From: Octopus vulgaris
Lineage: Eukaryota
Assembly (NCBI GenBank): GCA_951406725.2
Contig: OX597816.1
Location: forward strand, 118,296,001-118,360,000
Direction: 5' to 3'
DNA: 64,000 nucleotides
Made by a program: the position numbers and the translations under genes. The notes beneath the pieces were generated by a model that worked only from the letters and a program-made list of their open reading frames with translations, had not been told where the DNA came from and made no database searches. Below are positions 27,174 to 43,311 of this stretch, piece by piece. Each line of letters begins with the position of its first letter. The first letter of the stretch is position 1.

Positions 27174-28048
27174 ATCATCATTATTCAATGTCCATCTTCC
27201 ATGACAAAATGATTCTATATGTTTTTTTTTTAGTTTGGAAAACACAGGGACTTAATTTTAGGTGCATAGGATTTGACTACTAATATCAGCAGGTCAAGTG
27301 ACTGCGTAGAGGCTTGTTTGCTGGCTTGTAGATTAAATAAGTACATGGTTGTTATTAAGGAGTGGGGGATGTGTTCTGAGTTAGGCATTCTCTTTTTTTT
27401 TTTAACCTTTTTTAAATGTTCTACTTTGTGACAGTTGTGGGTGGATGGGTGAATGGTTGAGTGGGTTTCCTTCTGTTTTCATTTTTTCTTTTTTTTTTTT
27501 TCTTTAGTAGCAAAGTAGCTTGAAACGGAAGAGAGGTGTCAGGGAGGAGGAGAGAGTGGCAGGCAATGACATAATCACTCAACTATATAGACACATTGGA
27601 AGCATAGATTTGAAGGAAAATAGTGACCAACGGACAATTTAACATGGATAATCTCAGAGCCTTTTACATATAACACAGTAACACATACATGTGAATGTAT
27701 GTGTATATACAGACACGCGCGTGCATATACATCCAAAAATATACATACATATACATACACACACATATATATGTGTATGTGTGTGTGTGTGTGTGTGCAG
27801 ACATACATACGCACACACTTATATACATAAATGTATACACACACACACTCCCACAAATATACATATACAACAAAATTTACTAAATGTGTTGCGTAAGAAG
27901 GAAAAAATGATAAAGAATGGAAGAAAAAGGGAAAAGAAGAACAAAAAGGCAAAACTACAAGAACACTATGTTGTGACAACAAACCACCCAAGTTCCTCTC
28001 CACTGACTTTCACAGGGAGGCAGGACAAAATCACAATAGTGTACTTAC

Positions 28049-28138
28049 CATCAATTCGTATTTGTGCCGAGAAAAAAGTTGGTAGTGCCATTTGTAAAAA
28101 GGTAAGCAGTCCACAAATAGTGACTTAAAGGTTGTCAT
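28049..28138 (-). CDS. Candidate first coding exon (MTTFKSLFVDCLPFYKWHYQLFSRHKYELM)
   Basis: aaaATG start, 30 non-repetitive codons, consensus donor ATG|gtaagt (phase 0). An upstream in-frame ATG lies at 28297. Protein not recognised. Confidence 0.35.
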
Positions 28139-28357
28139 TTTAACAGCATCAGCAGAAGTAGCAGCAGTTGTTGTTGTTGTTGTCGTAGTTGTTGATATTG
28201 TTGGTGTTGTTGTTATTGTGGTGGTCGTGGTAGTTGTTGTTGTTGTTGGGGTTGTTATAGCTGTAGATGCATTGTCTTTGCAGAGCAATGCTACCATAAT
28301 GCTACGATGTGGTGAAACTCATATATATGTATATATAAATAAATACAAACACACACA

Positions 28358-28406
<49 letters not shown>

Positions 28407-28520
28407 AAATGTAGATATATGTATGTTCAGATTAACTATCCGTTTATATATATATGATAGAAGAAATATATGTACACATGTATATATATACATATATATG
28501 TAATGTGTATGTCTGTGACA

Positions 28521-28551
<31 letters not shown>

Positions 28552-28695
28552 GATGTGAATGTATGAAAAAGTATTTATATCATTTTAAAACAAAACTATG
28601 TAGGTTGAAAATAAATTAAACACACCCACACACACTCAGACACACAACACAAACAAAATCGCATGCATGCACACACACACACACACATACACACA

Positions 28696-28748
<53 letters not shown>

Positions 28749-29376
28749 GCTATCTCTCTCACACACACACACACACTCACAATCACAATCAAAACAAAAA
28801 CAAAACGACTTGGAAATTACACACCAGAATGAGAATTCCTTATTGTTTGCAGATAGCGAGCAATAACAACAAACACCATTATCATCAACCGACACCAACA
28901 CCACCGCCGCCAACACAGTCAGTAACACCAACACCGCTTCCACAGCCAAATTCAATGTCAGTATATTCCATGGACACACCAAAAAGACTTCGGTGCTAGC
29001 AACTAAACCAACAGACAACGCCACCTAGCAAAAACCAGCAGCAGCTGTTGCTGCTGCTGCACATAGAAACACGAAGATCAGGAACAAAATCAGCAGCAAC
29101 AGCAACAACACCAACAACACCAACAACAACAACACCAGCAGCAACAACAACAACACCAGCAACACCATGCAAGTGAAGCAGACACACAAAATATTTGACA
29201 CAGGACAAAGTAGTAAGTTTTTATAACACTTTTTAATAACCTTATTTTTAAAAAGTTCTCAATCTAAATCTTTTTATAAAATTTTGATTTATTGCTGCTG
29301 TTATTATCATCAATATCATCATTTTTTATTATTACTATTATTAATATTTATATTATTATTATTACTATTATTAATA

Positions 29377-29407
<31 letters not shown>

Positions 29408-30554
29408 GTTATTATTATTATCATCATCTGTTTTTGTTCGTATACCTGAATTTTGATAAGACAAAAATTATTGATTCTTAGTTTGTCAGTGCTGCTACCA
29501 TGCTACTGAGCTTTTTTTAATTAAACCTGAATAAGCCACCCAAAACCACACACACACACCTGATGGACTGACTAGCTTAGTCTAATTTGCTGCAACAAGT
29601 TACCCAAATAGGTGCACAGGTAAATCTAATAACACAAACTTCTACAAATCTACCAAACAATTTCCACTGGCCCACATGGAAAGAAAACGGTGTGTGCATG
29701 TATGCATATAGAAAGTGGGGTGCAATGCAAGCAGACTAGGCTGCTGCAATACAATATGTTATCATCACCACAGCAATCAGAAATGAAGGAGGCATGTGGG
29801 GAGGGAGAGGTGGTGACGAGAGAAGGAGAAAGTTTGGTAAAAGTGTCGAAATATTCACACAAGTTGCATCGCTGTTTTGCCGACACAGTAGAGTGAGTGG
29901 GAAAAAAATTATAGAAAGTTGGTGAGTGAGTGAGCGAGATGACTATGAAATTAATTACGTATTTAGAGTAAAATTAGTAGAATTGTACAAGTCTGCTAAT
30001 GAGATATGAAAAGGAAGAAGGTAAGAAATACTACCACTTGTACTGTGGTAAGAGAATAGGCATTTAAAAAAATATTTTTTTACTTTTGTATTCATGAATG
30101 CATGTGACCATGCATATGTGTGTGTGTGTGTGTGTGTATACCAGCATATACACAAGCAAAAAAAGGAAAAATTTACACCATTAGAAAAAAAGTGCCACAC
30201 TACTAGAAAACCATCAGAACACATATACATATATACATACACACATATATATATACATATATACAAACATATACATACACATATCTACACACATATATAC
30301 ATACGTATATACATACGTATATACATACACATGCATACATATACATACATATATTTATACATGTGTATATACATACACACATACATATATATATATATAT
30401 ACATACATAGCATACATACATATATACATACTTATACACATACATATATATATGCATACATACATATATACATATGTACATACATATATATGCATACATA
30501 CATATATACATATGTATATACACATACATATACATATGCATACATACATATATG

Positions 30555-32060
30555 TTCCATGACTTTGCTGATGTGTGAGGTCAGTGAGATAGGCCTATAA
30601 CTTTTAGCATTTGCTCTGCTTCCTCCCTTATGGATAGGTCATATTATCCCTTCTTTCAATTTGACTGGGAGCTTACCACTTGCAAGAAAGCTCTGAAAAA
30701 GAAGCTGCAGCGGTTTTGCAAGAGCTCATTTGCACGATTTGAGAAGGATTGCTGGAAATCCATCAGGTCCAGCAGCTGAGTTTGTGTCAATCTTATCTAT
30801 GGCCAGTGTGATATCATCATCTTCAACGTTGATGTACTCAATTTTTGCTTCTTTGGCTACAGGTAAAGTGGCAAAGAATTTTTCTGGTTTGTTTATCTTG
30901 TCTGTGTCATAAAGGTGTAGTGAACACCCTTTGGAACTGTTCATTCAGTATTTCACTTATCCTCATGGGATTTCCTGTGAGGGAACCATATTTTTGGAAG
31001 AGAGGTCCTATCTCTGGCACACTGCAGCCGTCTCCTTGGCAAACTTAAAGAAGGCTTTAGGGTTTGACTTGATATTTTCTATTACCCAAGCTTCTTTATC
31101 TGCTCTCTCTTTTTCATGTGACTGATGCAGACTTTTCTCAATTTCCATTAGCATTCTCTTGAGGCAAGACTTCTCACCACTTTTGGTGTGCTTGATCAAG
31201 CGGTTCACAATCCTTGTCTGTCGTCTCATAAAAATCTTCCTTTCCCAAGGGATCCTGTTTTTGTGTATGCTGGCCCTGCACAATGAGACATATTTGTCAC
31301 ATATGGCTTGTATTATGGACATGAAACGTTTGTGTTTGATGTCAATGTCTGGTGTGGAAAGACATGTAGGCTAATCCTGTTTGAGGATCTCTTTCTTAAT
31401 CAACTTCCAGTTTGCTCTATGAAAGTTTAGTTTGGAAAGATTGTAGATGCTTCATATAGGCTGTGCATCTGTGGGGGCTTTTGGTCCATATATAGACAGC
31501 TCTATTATGTTGTGATCCGAGATTTTCCTTTTACAGTTGCCGCGCAACAGCCCTCCTATGTTTAGTAGAAATATTTTTGTGACATGTGTGTTCGTGTTTG
31601 TGGTGGCCATCTTGCATCTGTTGGTAGTGGCCTTGTGTGGGGGTAGGTATAGTTACAACTTTGTGTTTGTAGCCATGTCAGCTGCTGGACAATTTTTTGT
31701 GCCATGCACAAAAAAGATTACTGTTCAGCTGCTGCCCTTCTTACATCTGGGTGAAGCTGGCCATTTGTTGGGCCATGAAGTATCCTTTTTGGACCATGCA
31801 CTACATCCACATACCGTCTTTCGGGAGTAGACAGTGTGCCATTTTTACTTCTTTGGTATCTTACTTTTTCTTTTTGTCCTCTCCGTAGGAGGGATTGTTG
31901 TCTTGGGCCCATGCAATTTTGGCAGGGCCTCTGATGTCCAAAACAACAGTTTGCACTATTGTCGCCATGCCACCAGTTTCCGTGCAGGTAAAATTTGCAG
32001 ATGCTCCTGCTTTTCCATTGAAACTTCTGTGGCTCTTCCTGGAGCTCTTCTGTTTGTCTG
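30555..32060 (-). mobile_element. Decayed, internally deleted CR1-like LINE (ORF1, end of endonuclease, start of RT)
   Basis: Minus-strand peptides ICKFYLHGN..HG...C.FGH (ORF1), SDHNII...NFHRANW, IENIKSNPKAFFKFAK, SAAGPDGFPAILLK and [25 protein letters not shown], broken by stops and frameshifts. Confidence 0.85.
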
Positions 32061-32150
32061 AACAGTTTTTGTTGTTTTCTTTTTCTTTTCTTTTACCTCT
32101 TGCTACACATATATATACATATATATATATATACACACACACATATATAT

Positions 32151-35347
<3,197 letters not shown>

Positions 35348-35534
35348 ATGAACCAACATTACTAGTATTTTTTAACCCTAAGAGGACTCCTCCTCTTGCT
35401 GATTATCAATGTTGCTAGAAGATGGTAGGGGTTTACTCCTCTGTTTCCAATATATACCAGGTGCAGATTCCATCAATAACCAACTAGAGGTGTCGTCCTC
35501 TTGGGGTTAAAAAGTGGTGATAACGTCAGTTCAT
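35348..35534. mobile_element. Small MITE-like element with ~64-bp imperfect TIRs
   Basis: atgaaccaacattac...tttttaaccctaagaggac...gattatcaatg is mirrored by catcaataacc...gtcctcttggggttaaaaa...cagttcat. Confidence 0.6.
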
Positions 35535-35543
35535 CTGGAGCAA

Positions 35544-35580
<37 letters not shown>

Positions 35581-36768
35581 CACACCCACACATCTATGAC
35601 AACCTTTCTAAGGTTTCCTTCTACCAAATTCATTCACAAGGATTTGGTTGAGCCAAGGCTATAGTAAAAGACTCTGGCTCAAGGTGCCATGCAATAAGAC
35701 TGAGCTCAGGACCATGTCATTGGGAAGTAGACTTCTTACCACACAGCCAAATCTACATCCTTTATATTCCAGAACAACAACAATGAATTAAAAATTGATT
35801 TTTCTATGAAAAGCAAGTTGTTTCTCAAAGAAATTAATGTAGGTAATTGTTACAAATCTGAAACAGATCATCGTTGGATTTGTGCCCTTCTCCCACTGCT
35901 TGACAACTAGTGTTGGTTTGCCTACGTAACGTAACTTAGCACTCCAGCAAAAGAGGTGGATAGAATAATTATTCCCGCAATACAAAATAAGTACTGAGGT
36001 TGATATGTTTCAACTAAACCCTTTAAGGCAGTACCCTAGCATGGCCACAGTTCAATGACTGAAAGCAGTGAAAGAATAAAAGAACAATCATACAAATGAT
36101 AATTACTTCTGATTACAGGCACAAGAACAGAAATTACTGGGGAAGAGATATATTATCATCACTACCATTAGCACCGTCATCATCATTATTTAGTGTCTAT
36201 TTTCAAGGCTCAAATGGATTGGATAATTTGACAAGATCCAATGAGCTACAGAGCTGCATTGTACTTGATGTCAGCTTTGACATGGTTACTATGGCTCGAT
36301 GCCCATCCTAATGTCAACCACGTTACAGTGCATACTGAGAGCTTTTCATGTACCACTGACACTAGTGTGATTGCTAAGAAACTTGCAAAACAAGAAAGAA
36401 GGGGAAAGTCCTTCTAACTAAGATGGATGAGGAGTTTATTTGATAGCTTAGTGAGGGACAAAAGGTGTCTTGCTCTAGAGAAAATACATGACTACCCTGC
36501 ATTTATGTAAGAGTGAGGGGGAGTCTCTGGGTAGAAAGTAAGATGGTAGAGACGGGCTGTCAAGGCAAGACCCTCAAGAAGAGATGATACAGGCAGTGAA
36601 CCAAGAATGGGAGGGAGGTAAGTGTGACTAGATGAGAGGTAAAGTTGACTTTGGTGGCACCTGAATTTAACATGTAAAAACCCGGAACAAATGTTGCAAA
36701 GCATTTTTTACCAATGCTCTAGCAATTCTGCTGATCTACCATCATAATAATGCTAATAATAATTGTAA

Positions 36769-37591
36769 CTAGCAGGACCCATAGAAATTCCATGGTGTAA
36801 GTCAGCATATTTGCAAACATTAATATATTAAATGCAAGCAATGAATTTCAAAACATTCTTTTAAAATTTCGCCATTAATCAAAACTGTACTTTCAAATAT
36901 TATGGAAATGAACTTAGATGGTATTGCTTATTTACCATCTTTTAATATGTTCGACAGATATGATGTACTTTGTAGTTTAAGGAAATAAAAGATGAATTAA
37001 AATGATAAAACATTCATATATACATAAACTACACTTTACACTGCCCAACCACAGCCAAAGCTTAGTCCAAGTTATTTACCAATTGAGATTATTTTTGTTT
37101 CTTTTCATTTCTTCTCACTTCAGTTCAGATCAGTTTCATATCTGTTTATATACCAATTACTATATCTATCTACATATCAGTTGATATATCTCTAGACTCA
37201 CTTACATACCTATCTATGTATCTAATTAACTATCATATCTATATCTACATTCCTTTCTGTATTTGTCTGCTCTCATAATATCTGATAAGTATTTAAACCG
37301 AATAACAAATAAAACAAGAAAAGAATATTGGTGCCACAGCATGGCCACAGCTTTTGGTTAAGAACATGTAAAAGATGAAAGTATAACATCCACAGCAATT
37401 TGCTCACTAAAGTTATTTCACTTTAATTTTACTATCTATCGATACATCTTTTAATGCATAAATTTATAGATCTTCATCACATTGTACACTATGTTCAACA
37501 TTCCAACAGTGCCTGCAATTTGAACACACAAATGTAGAGTAATACAGACCTTCTCCTTTCATTGCTACCTACCTGCCACTCTCTCACCTTC

Positions 37592-37600
<9 letters not shown>
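36769..37600 (-). mobile_element. Probable non-autonomous Helitron
   Basis: Minus-strand end: ccatggaatttctatgg hairpin, gtcctg, then CTAG|T at 36772-36768. The 5' boundary is guessed at the (TA)n near 37600. Contains a SINE A tail fragment. Confidence 0.45.
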
Positions 37601-37630
<30 letters not shown>

Positions 37631-37632
<2 letters not shown>

Positions 37633-38470
37633 GGGTGTGATGGGTGAATTGTCGCTATTTTTAATTTCACGCATGTACATTGTTTCATTTTGATTTTGCC
37701 AACTACACAATATAGTAGGGTCAGTTGGGCACTGTCTGTGAGAAAGACAGCACCATGAGGCAATTCACTCTGCCAGAAATTTGGAAATGACATGATGTAC
37801 TGCTTGGCATTCGCACCAGAAGTGCCAATACAAACATTTCAAAATGTTTGGGTGTCAGTCTGAGGACATGTACCAAGAGTGATAAAAATCAAACATCCAG
37901 TCAACATCATGGCATCTGGAATGATCACTAGTGATGGCAATGTTATGCTTCCATTTATCTTCCCACATGGCCTCACACTCAACACAGAGACCTATGTCAA
38001 GTGCCTGGAGAAGCTAGTGCTGCACTGGGTCAAAAGAGTGGTTGCTGGAAGACCCTATGTCTGACAACAAGACTCTTTACTATACCACACAAGGAGCAGA
38101 ACCCAGTCATGGCTGTCAGACAATTTCTGTGACCCCAACACCCCTAACATCTGACTACCTAACTCCCCAGACTGGAACCCCTTTGATTATTATGTGTGGG
38201 ACGCAGCTGAGGGAGAGACCAACAAAACTCCTTGTAACACAAAAGATGAACTGAAGGCAAGGATTATGGCAGCATTCACCAACATAAACAAGGATGTCGT
38301 CCAGAAGAGTCGCAGGAGATTCCGAAGTCATCTGGAGGCCATGGTTGAAGCCAATGGCGATTTTATTGAATAAATTTACTCTTTAGTATTTCAAGATATT
38401 TTTATGTGATATTGGCAAATAATTGGTAAATATATTTGTTAAAATGAGATGTCAGTGCTATTTTCATTTA
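37631..38470 (+). pseudogene. Internally deleted Tc1/mariner element, DD37D (maT-type) transposase pseudogene
   Basis: Starts CAGGGTG after (TA)n. Frame 37879-38373 reads KHPVNIM...PYV*QQD-(37 aa)-D with PNSPDWNPFDYYVW and ...EANGDFIE*; two TGG>TGA stops. Confidence 0.9.
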
Positions 38471-38639
38471 TAAATATATATATTCACATGTACATTCATA
38501 CATGCACATATATATATATACACACACACACACACAAAAATACATACATCTCTATTTGAGTTATTATCTCTCTTGACCCAAGTGTAACATGGACAAAACA
38601 GATGAGAATACAGGAATGCACAGAATAATATTATAAATT

Positions 38640-39240
38640 ATTTCATATTTCGGCACAAAGCCAGTAGTTTTAGTGGGAGAAAGTTAGTCAGTTACAATGA
38701 ACTTCAGTATTCAACTACAGTTTATGGAAAGATGAAATGCAAAGTTGACCATAACATGATTTGAGCTTAGAATGTAAACAGCTGAAAGAAATGCCACTAA
38801 GCATTTTGTCCAATATTTTAAAGATTCTGTCAACTGACCACTTTAATAATAATCTTTTCTATTATAGGCACAAGGCCTGTAATTTTTGGTAAAGTGTCTA
38901 GTTGATTATACAGACCACAGTACTCAACTGCTACTTATTTTAACACCCAAAAGGACGACAGGCAAAGACAACCCTGGTGTAATTTGAACTCGGAATGTAA
39001 AGACAGGCGAAGTGCCACTAAGCACTTTGTCTGGTATGCTAATGATTTCCACCAGCATGCTGACTTAATAATAATAATCTCTTCTACTATAGAGAAGAAA
39101 TTTTGGGTTTGGGGGCAATTCGATTATAATGACTTCAGTGCTTGGCTGGTACTTAATTTATCAACCTCAAAAAGAAAGAAAGGCAAAGTCACCTGGCATT
39201 GTGGCCAGTGCACTAATGATTCTGCCAACTTGCCACTTCA
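38640..39240 (-). mobile_element. Array of ~3 family B SINEs
   Basis: Reverse complements of family B (ggcacaaggcc...aatttgaactc..aatgtaa...taagcattttgtc...attctgcca). Confidence 0.7.
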
Positions 39241-39330
39241 ATAATAATAATAATAATCATAACAATAATAATAATCATAATAATAATACTGATGATAATA
39301 ATAATAATAATTATAATAATAATAATAATA

Positions 39331-39858
39331 TGCCCAAGGCTTGCCCAAAACTACTACAAGTCGTAGCGAGACAATCTGGTAGCAAAATTTCTACAGTGGA
39401 AACTGTGTGAAAAGTGGGAGTGAGAGAGAGGCAAGACACGATATAAGCACAAACTGCAGAGAGCAGCAGAGTTGGAGACTAGCAAAATCCTCTGAGATTT
39501 CCCAATACAAACAGATCAGGTGCTAGAGCATAACAGACCAGATCTGGTGGCAGTTGACAAGATGCACCACATATAGTTGATGTTGCATGTCTCTTAAGTG
39601 CAAAACAGCCTGGCTATGGAAAATGAAGGTGAAGATAGTGCCAATTATTGTTGGGTCCTTGAAGACAGTATCAGAAAGCATCAAAAGGGATATAAAGGAA
39701 ATTGGAATAGAGTGCCCAGTAGAACTGTTACAAAAGGTTTGCTCCTTGGCATGGCCAGAATAATCAGGAAAGTATTAGATAGTTAAAAAAAAAAAAACAG
39801 ACAGCATGGTACAAATGCAAAACTCCAGGAATTCCAACAAAACCTGTGATAAAAAGAA
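39331..39858 (+). mobile_element. R4/Dong-type RLE LINE 3' remnant inserted in (TAA)n
   Basis: CPRLAQNYYK..RDNLVAKFLQWKLCEKW...KIL*DFPIQTDQVLEHNRPDLVAVDK...LLGMARIIRKVLD matches the RHD and PD-(D/E)xK C-terminus of R4-clade ORFs. (AAT)n lies on both sides. Confidence 0.85.
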
Positions 39859-39908
39859 ATAATAATAATGATGATGATGATGGTAATAATAATAATAATA
39901 ATAATAAC

Positions 39909-40440
39909 ATGCCTTGATGCAGTGCCAGGTTGTGACTCATGGCTGCTGATCTTAACTGAGTGGAAGTTTTATCAGGTATATGTTTTGTCTTGGCATAAAA
40001 GATGGGCCACAGCAAATATTCTACGCAGTATCACAGATTTGCTTGTCAGTTGTTTGACCATAACCAGTTGAGCATGTCCCTTAGTGACTGACGATATGTG
40101 CATCTCTGATCATGAGCAGAAGTAGTGGGGCAGCATCATAGCTATGTGCTGAGAGGAATTCTTTGGGGTTTGAATAATACACCTCTGGAAACATTGGTAT
40201 TTTGTTCAACATCCTTAAACAACCCTTGTTCAGAGACCTTTTGAGTGGGCTGGGCTACTCAAGCTGAAGAAAATTCTAACTGGGCTCCACCTGCAAGGTC
40301 ATGTGCTGTTTATCTTGGTACGAGACCATCATGTTGTGCACATATGGTTATGAAGCATGTGCCTGATGTACCTTTACTAGACAGGTAGTTCTGGTGGGCT
40401 TTGTCACTTTGATGGCATGCACTGCGCTCTCACTCAATTA
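39909..40440 (+). mobile_element. Unclassified ~530-bp retroposon-like repeat with (AAT)n tail
   Basis: An internally deleted inverted copy lies at ~41752-42092. Both copies are flanked by AAT/ATT repeats. Confidence 0.65.
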
Positions 40441-40893
40441 AAATAATAATAATAATAATAATAATAATGTTTTCAGGCTTTGGCTCATTTCACTGTTGAG
40501 GGATAATTGATTATATCGACCCTAGTGTTCAACTGATATTTATTAACCCCAAAAAAGGATGAAAGGCATAACCAACCTCAGCAGAAAGTAATCTTAATAC
40601 AATTAAGATCAAGAATTATTATCTTCACAATCTGAATGGCATTTAGTCTGATTCCACATCAATCAGAAAGATATAGTGAAATATAACAGACAAGTTTGGT
40701 ATCTAACATTTCTTTCATGAGAATTACTGATTTTTTTTTATATGAACACACAATCTTTCAAGAATAAATGGTTGAGGAAATAACATTGTGTGGCATTCAT
40801 ACCTTTCCCAAGGATATTAGCTATATAAAAAAAGTTGAACACCTGTCAGAAGGTGTTAAAATTCTAAGTATTTTTTCCAATAATTCCACTGCT

Positions 40894-40936
<43 letters not shown>

Positions 40937-41369
40937 ATGTTTTGTTACATAAAGCACATTAAATGATTTTTAATTATTAGTACTGCTTTGAAGGTGGCAA
41001 GCTGGCTGAATCATTAGCACATCAGGCAAAAATGTTAAGCAGCATTTTCCATCCTTCTTCATGTTCTGAGATCAAATTCCACTAAGGCTGACTTTGCCTT
41101 TCATCATTCGGGGAATGAGTACCATTCAAGCACTAGGGTCAATGTAATTCGCTAGCTCCCTTCCCCCAAATTTCAAGCCTTGTGCCTATAATAGAAAGGA
41201 TTATTATTACTATTTGGCGAGCTGGCAGAATTGTTAACATGTCAGATAAAATGCTTACTGTCAATTTTTTTAACAATCTGAGTTCTAATTCTACAATGAT
41301 CAACTGCACCTTTCATCCTTTAAGGGTAAATAAAATAAGTAGACCTTGTACCTATAGTAGAAAAGGTCA

Positions 41370-41750
41370 TTATTACCTCCACCTTAGCGAAGGCGGAGGT
41401 ATTGTTTTCAGTTACATTTGTTTATCTGTCTGTGGACAAGATATCTCAAGAACTGCTGAATGGATTCAGATGAAACTTTCAGGGATGCTTGGCCCCATGA
41501 CTGGCACAAACTGACTAGATTTTGGGATCGATCATATAATGGACAAGGATTCTGGGTTATTTTTCTGGGGGTTTTTTTTTTTGTTTTTTTTTACTTAATT
41601 TTTGAGAGAGCTCCAGTTCATTTTTAGTATTCTCATTTGTCAGAGCAGTTGAGTTTATTTCAGATATTCTCATTTTAAAAATCATCTCCAGCTCATAGCT
41701 GAGAGAACATTGGTGTTGCCTTGGTGGAGGTTTGCAATCTCTGAGTGCTC
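41370..41750 (+). mobile_element. Helentron-associated non-autonomous element (HINE/DINE-1-like)
   Basis: 5' ttattACCTCCACC with a local palindrome (acctccacctt...aaggcggaggt), a (tctg)n block, 3' subterminal TIR GGTGGAGGT and terminal hairpin gcaatctctgagtgc. Confidence 0.75.
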
Positions 41751-43099
41751 ATTATTGTTAGTGAGAGAGCAGTGCATGCCATCAAAATGACACTGGGGTA
41801 AAATATATGAAGCCCAGTATATCCATCATGACTACCCGTCTGATAAGGGTACACCAGGCACATGTATCACAACCATATGTGTGCAACATAGTGATCTCAT
41901 ATCAAGATAAATAGCATGACTTTAGAGATGTACATATCGTCAGCTAACTAACAAGGAAATCTTTGGTACTGAGCAGAATATTTGCTATAGCCCATCTTTT
42001 ACACCAAGACAAAACAATGTACATGATAACACTTCCAATCAGTTAAGATCAGAAGCCATGAAATCCACTGGCTGGTACAGCATCAGGGCATATCATTATT
42101 ATTATTATTATCATCATCATCATTATTATTATTATTTGATAAGCTGGCAGAATCATCAGCATGCCAAACAAAATGCTTACTGTCATTTTGTCTGTTTTTA
42201 CATTCTGAGTTCAAATTCCACCATGGTCAACTTCACCTTACAACCTTTCAGGATAAATAAAGTACTAGTTGAGCACTGGGGCTGATGTAATCAACTAGCC
42301 CCCCGTCTCCAAATTTCAGGTCCTGTACCAATAGTAAAAAAGCTTATTAATATTACTTCTCTTCATGGCAGTGAATTAATAAACACATCAGCCAAAATGC
42401 TTCGGGGTTTTTTTTTTGTGGGGGGGGCACCACCCCCTAGCTCTTTACATTCCACTGAAATTAACCTTACCTTCCATCTTTCCAGGGCCATTTAAGTGAA
42501 GTTCAAATCAGCACTAAAACCAAATAAGTCCCTGGACATTACTGTCGTGGATCCTACAACTCATAGGGCCAGTTAGCCAGTTTCCATGTTGTATAAGTGA
42601 GTGGGATCACAACAATCCCCACTGAATGGAATGCTTATCCATTGCAAGGTTACTCATTTACAGCTGAGTGGACTGGAGCAATGTGAAATGAAGTGTTTTG
42701 CTGAAGAACACAATGCACCACTCAGTTCAGAAATTGAAACTACAATCTTATAAATTTAGTGCAACACCTTAACCACTAGGCCATGTGTCTTCAGACCCAT
42801 TAGTGCTAGTGTTGATATAATCATCTGTTCCTCTCCACCAAATTTCTGGTCTTGTGCTACTGTTAAAAATTATCATTATTAGGGTAGCGGATAGGTAGCA
42901 TCACTAGCTCGTCAAAACAAAATGCCATTTAGAATTTGTTCTGCTTTACATTCTAAATTCAAATCATCCCAAAATCAGCTTTGCCTTTCATCCTTCTGGG
43001 GGTTGGTAAAAGCACTAGAGTGCTTAAAAAAAAAAAAAGAAATACTAGAACTAATGTACTATACTCTACTGACTAACCCTTCCTTCCAAATTTTTGACT

Positions 43100-43311
43100 T
43101 TAGCCCTTTCGATAGCAACCGGCTCTGGCTCTGTAGTAAAAATGTCTTGTCATAAGTTCTGAATTAAAATCTTCCACCAAACCTTAGTCACAATTTATGC
43201 TCCTAGCACTAGCTTAATGATAACTAAGTTATTTTACTAAATTCTTTGTTGTATTTAAAATTAATTGAAAGAAACACAGAGCATCTTTAAATATGGTAAC
43301 AAAAGGGTTAA
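43100..43311 (+). mobile_element. piggyBac-type MITE (family P2)
   Basis: tta(g)ccctttcgatagc...ggtaacaaaagggttaa. Other copies at 51454-51655, 55038-55434 (reverse), 62773-63095 and ~7190-7417 (reverse). Confidence 0.75.
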
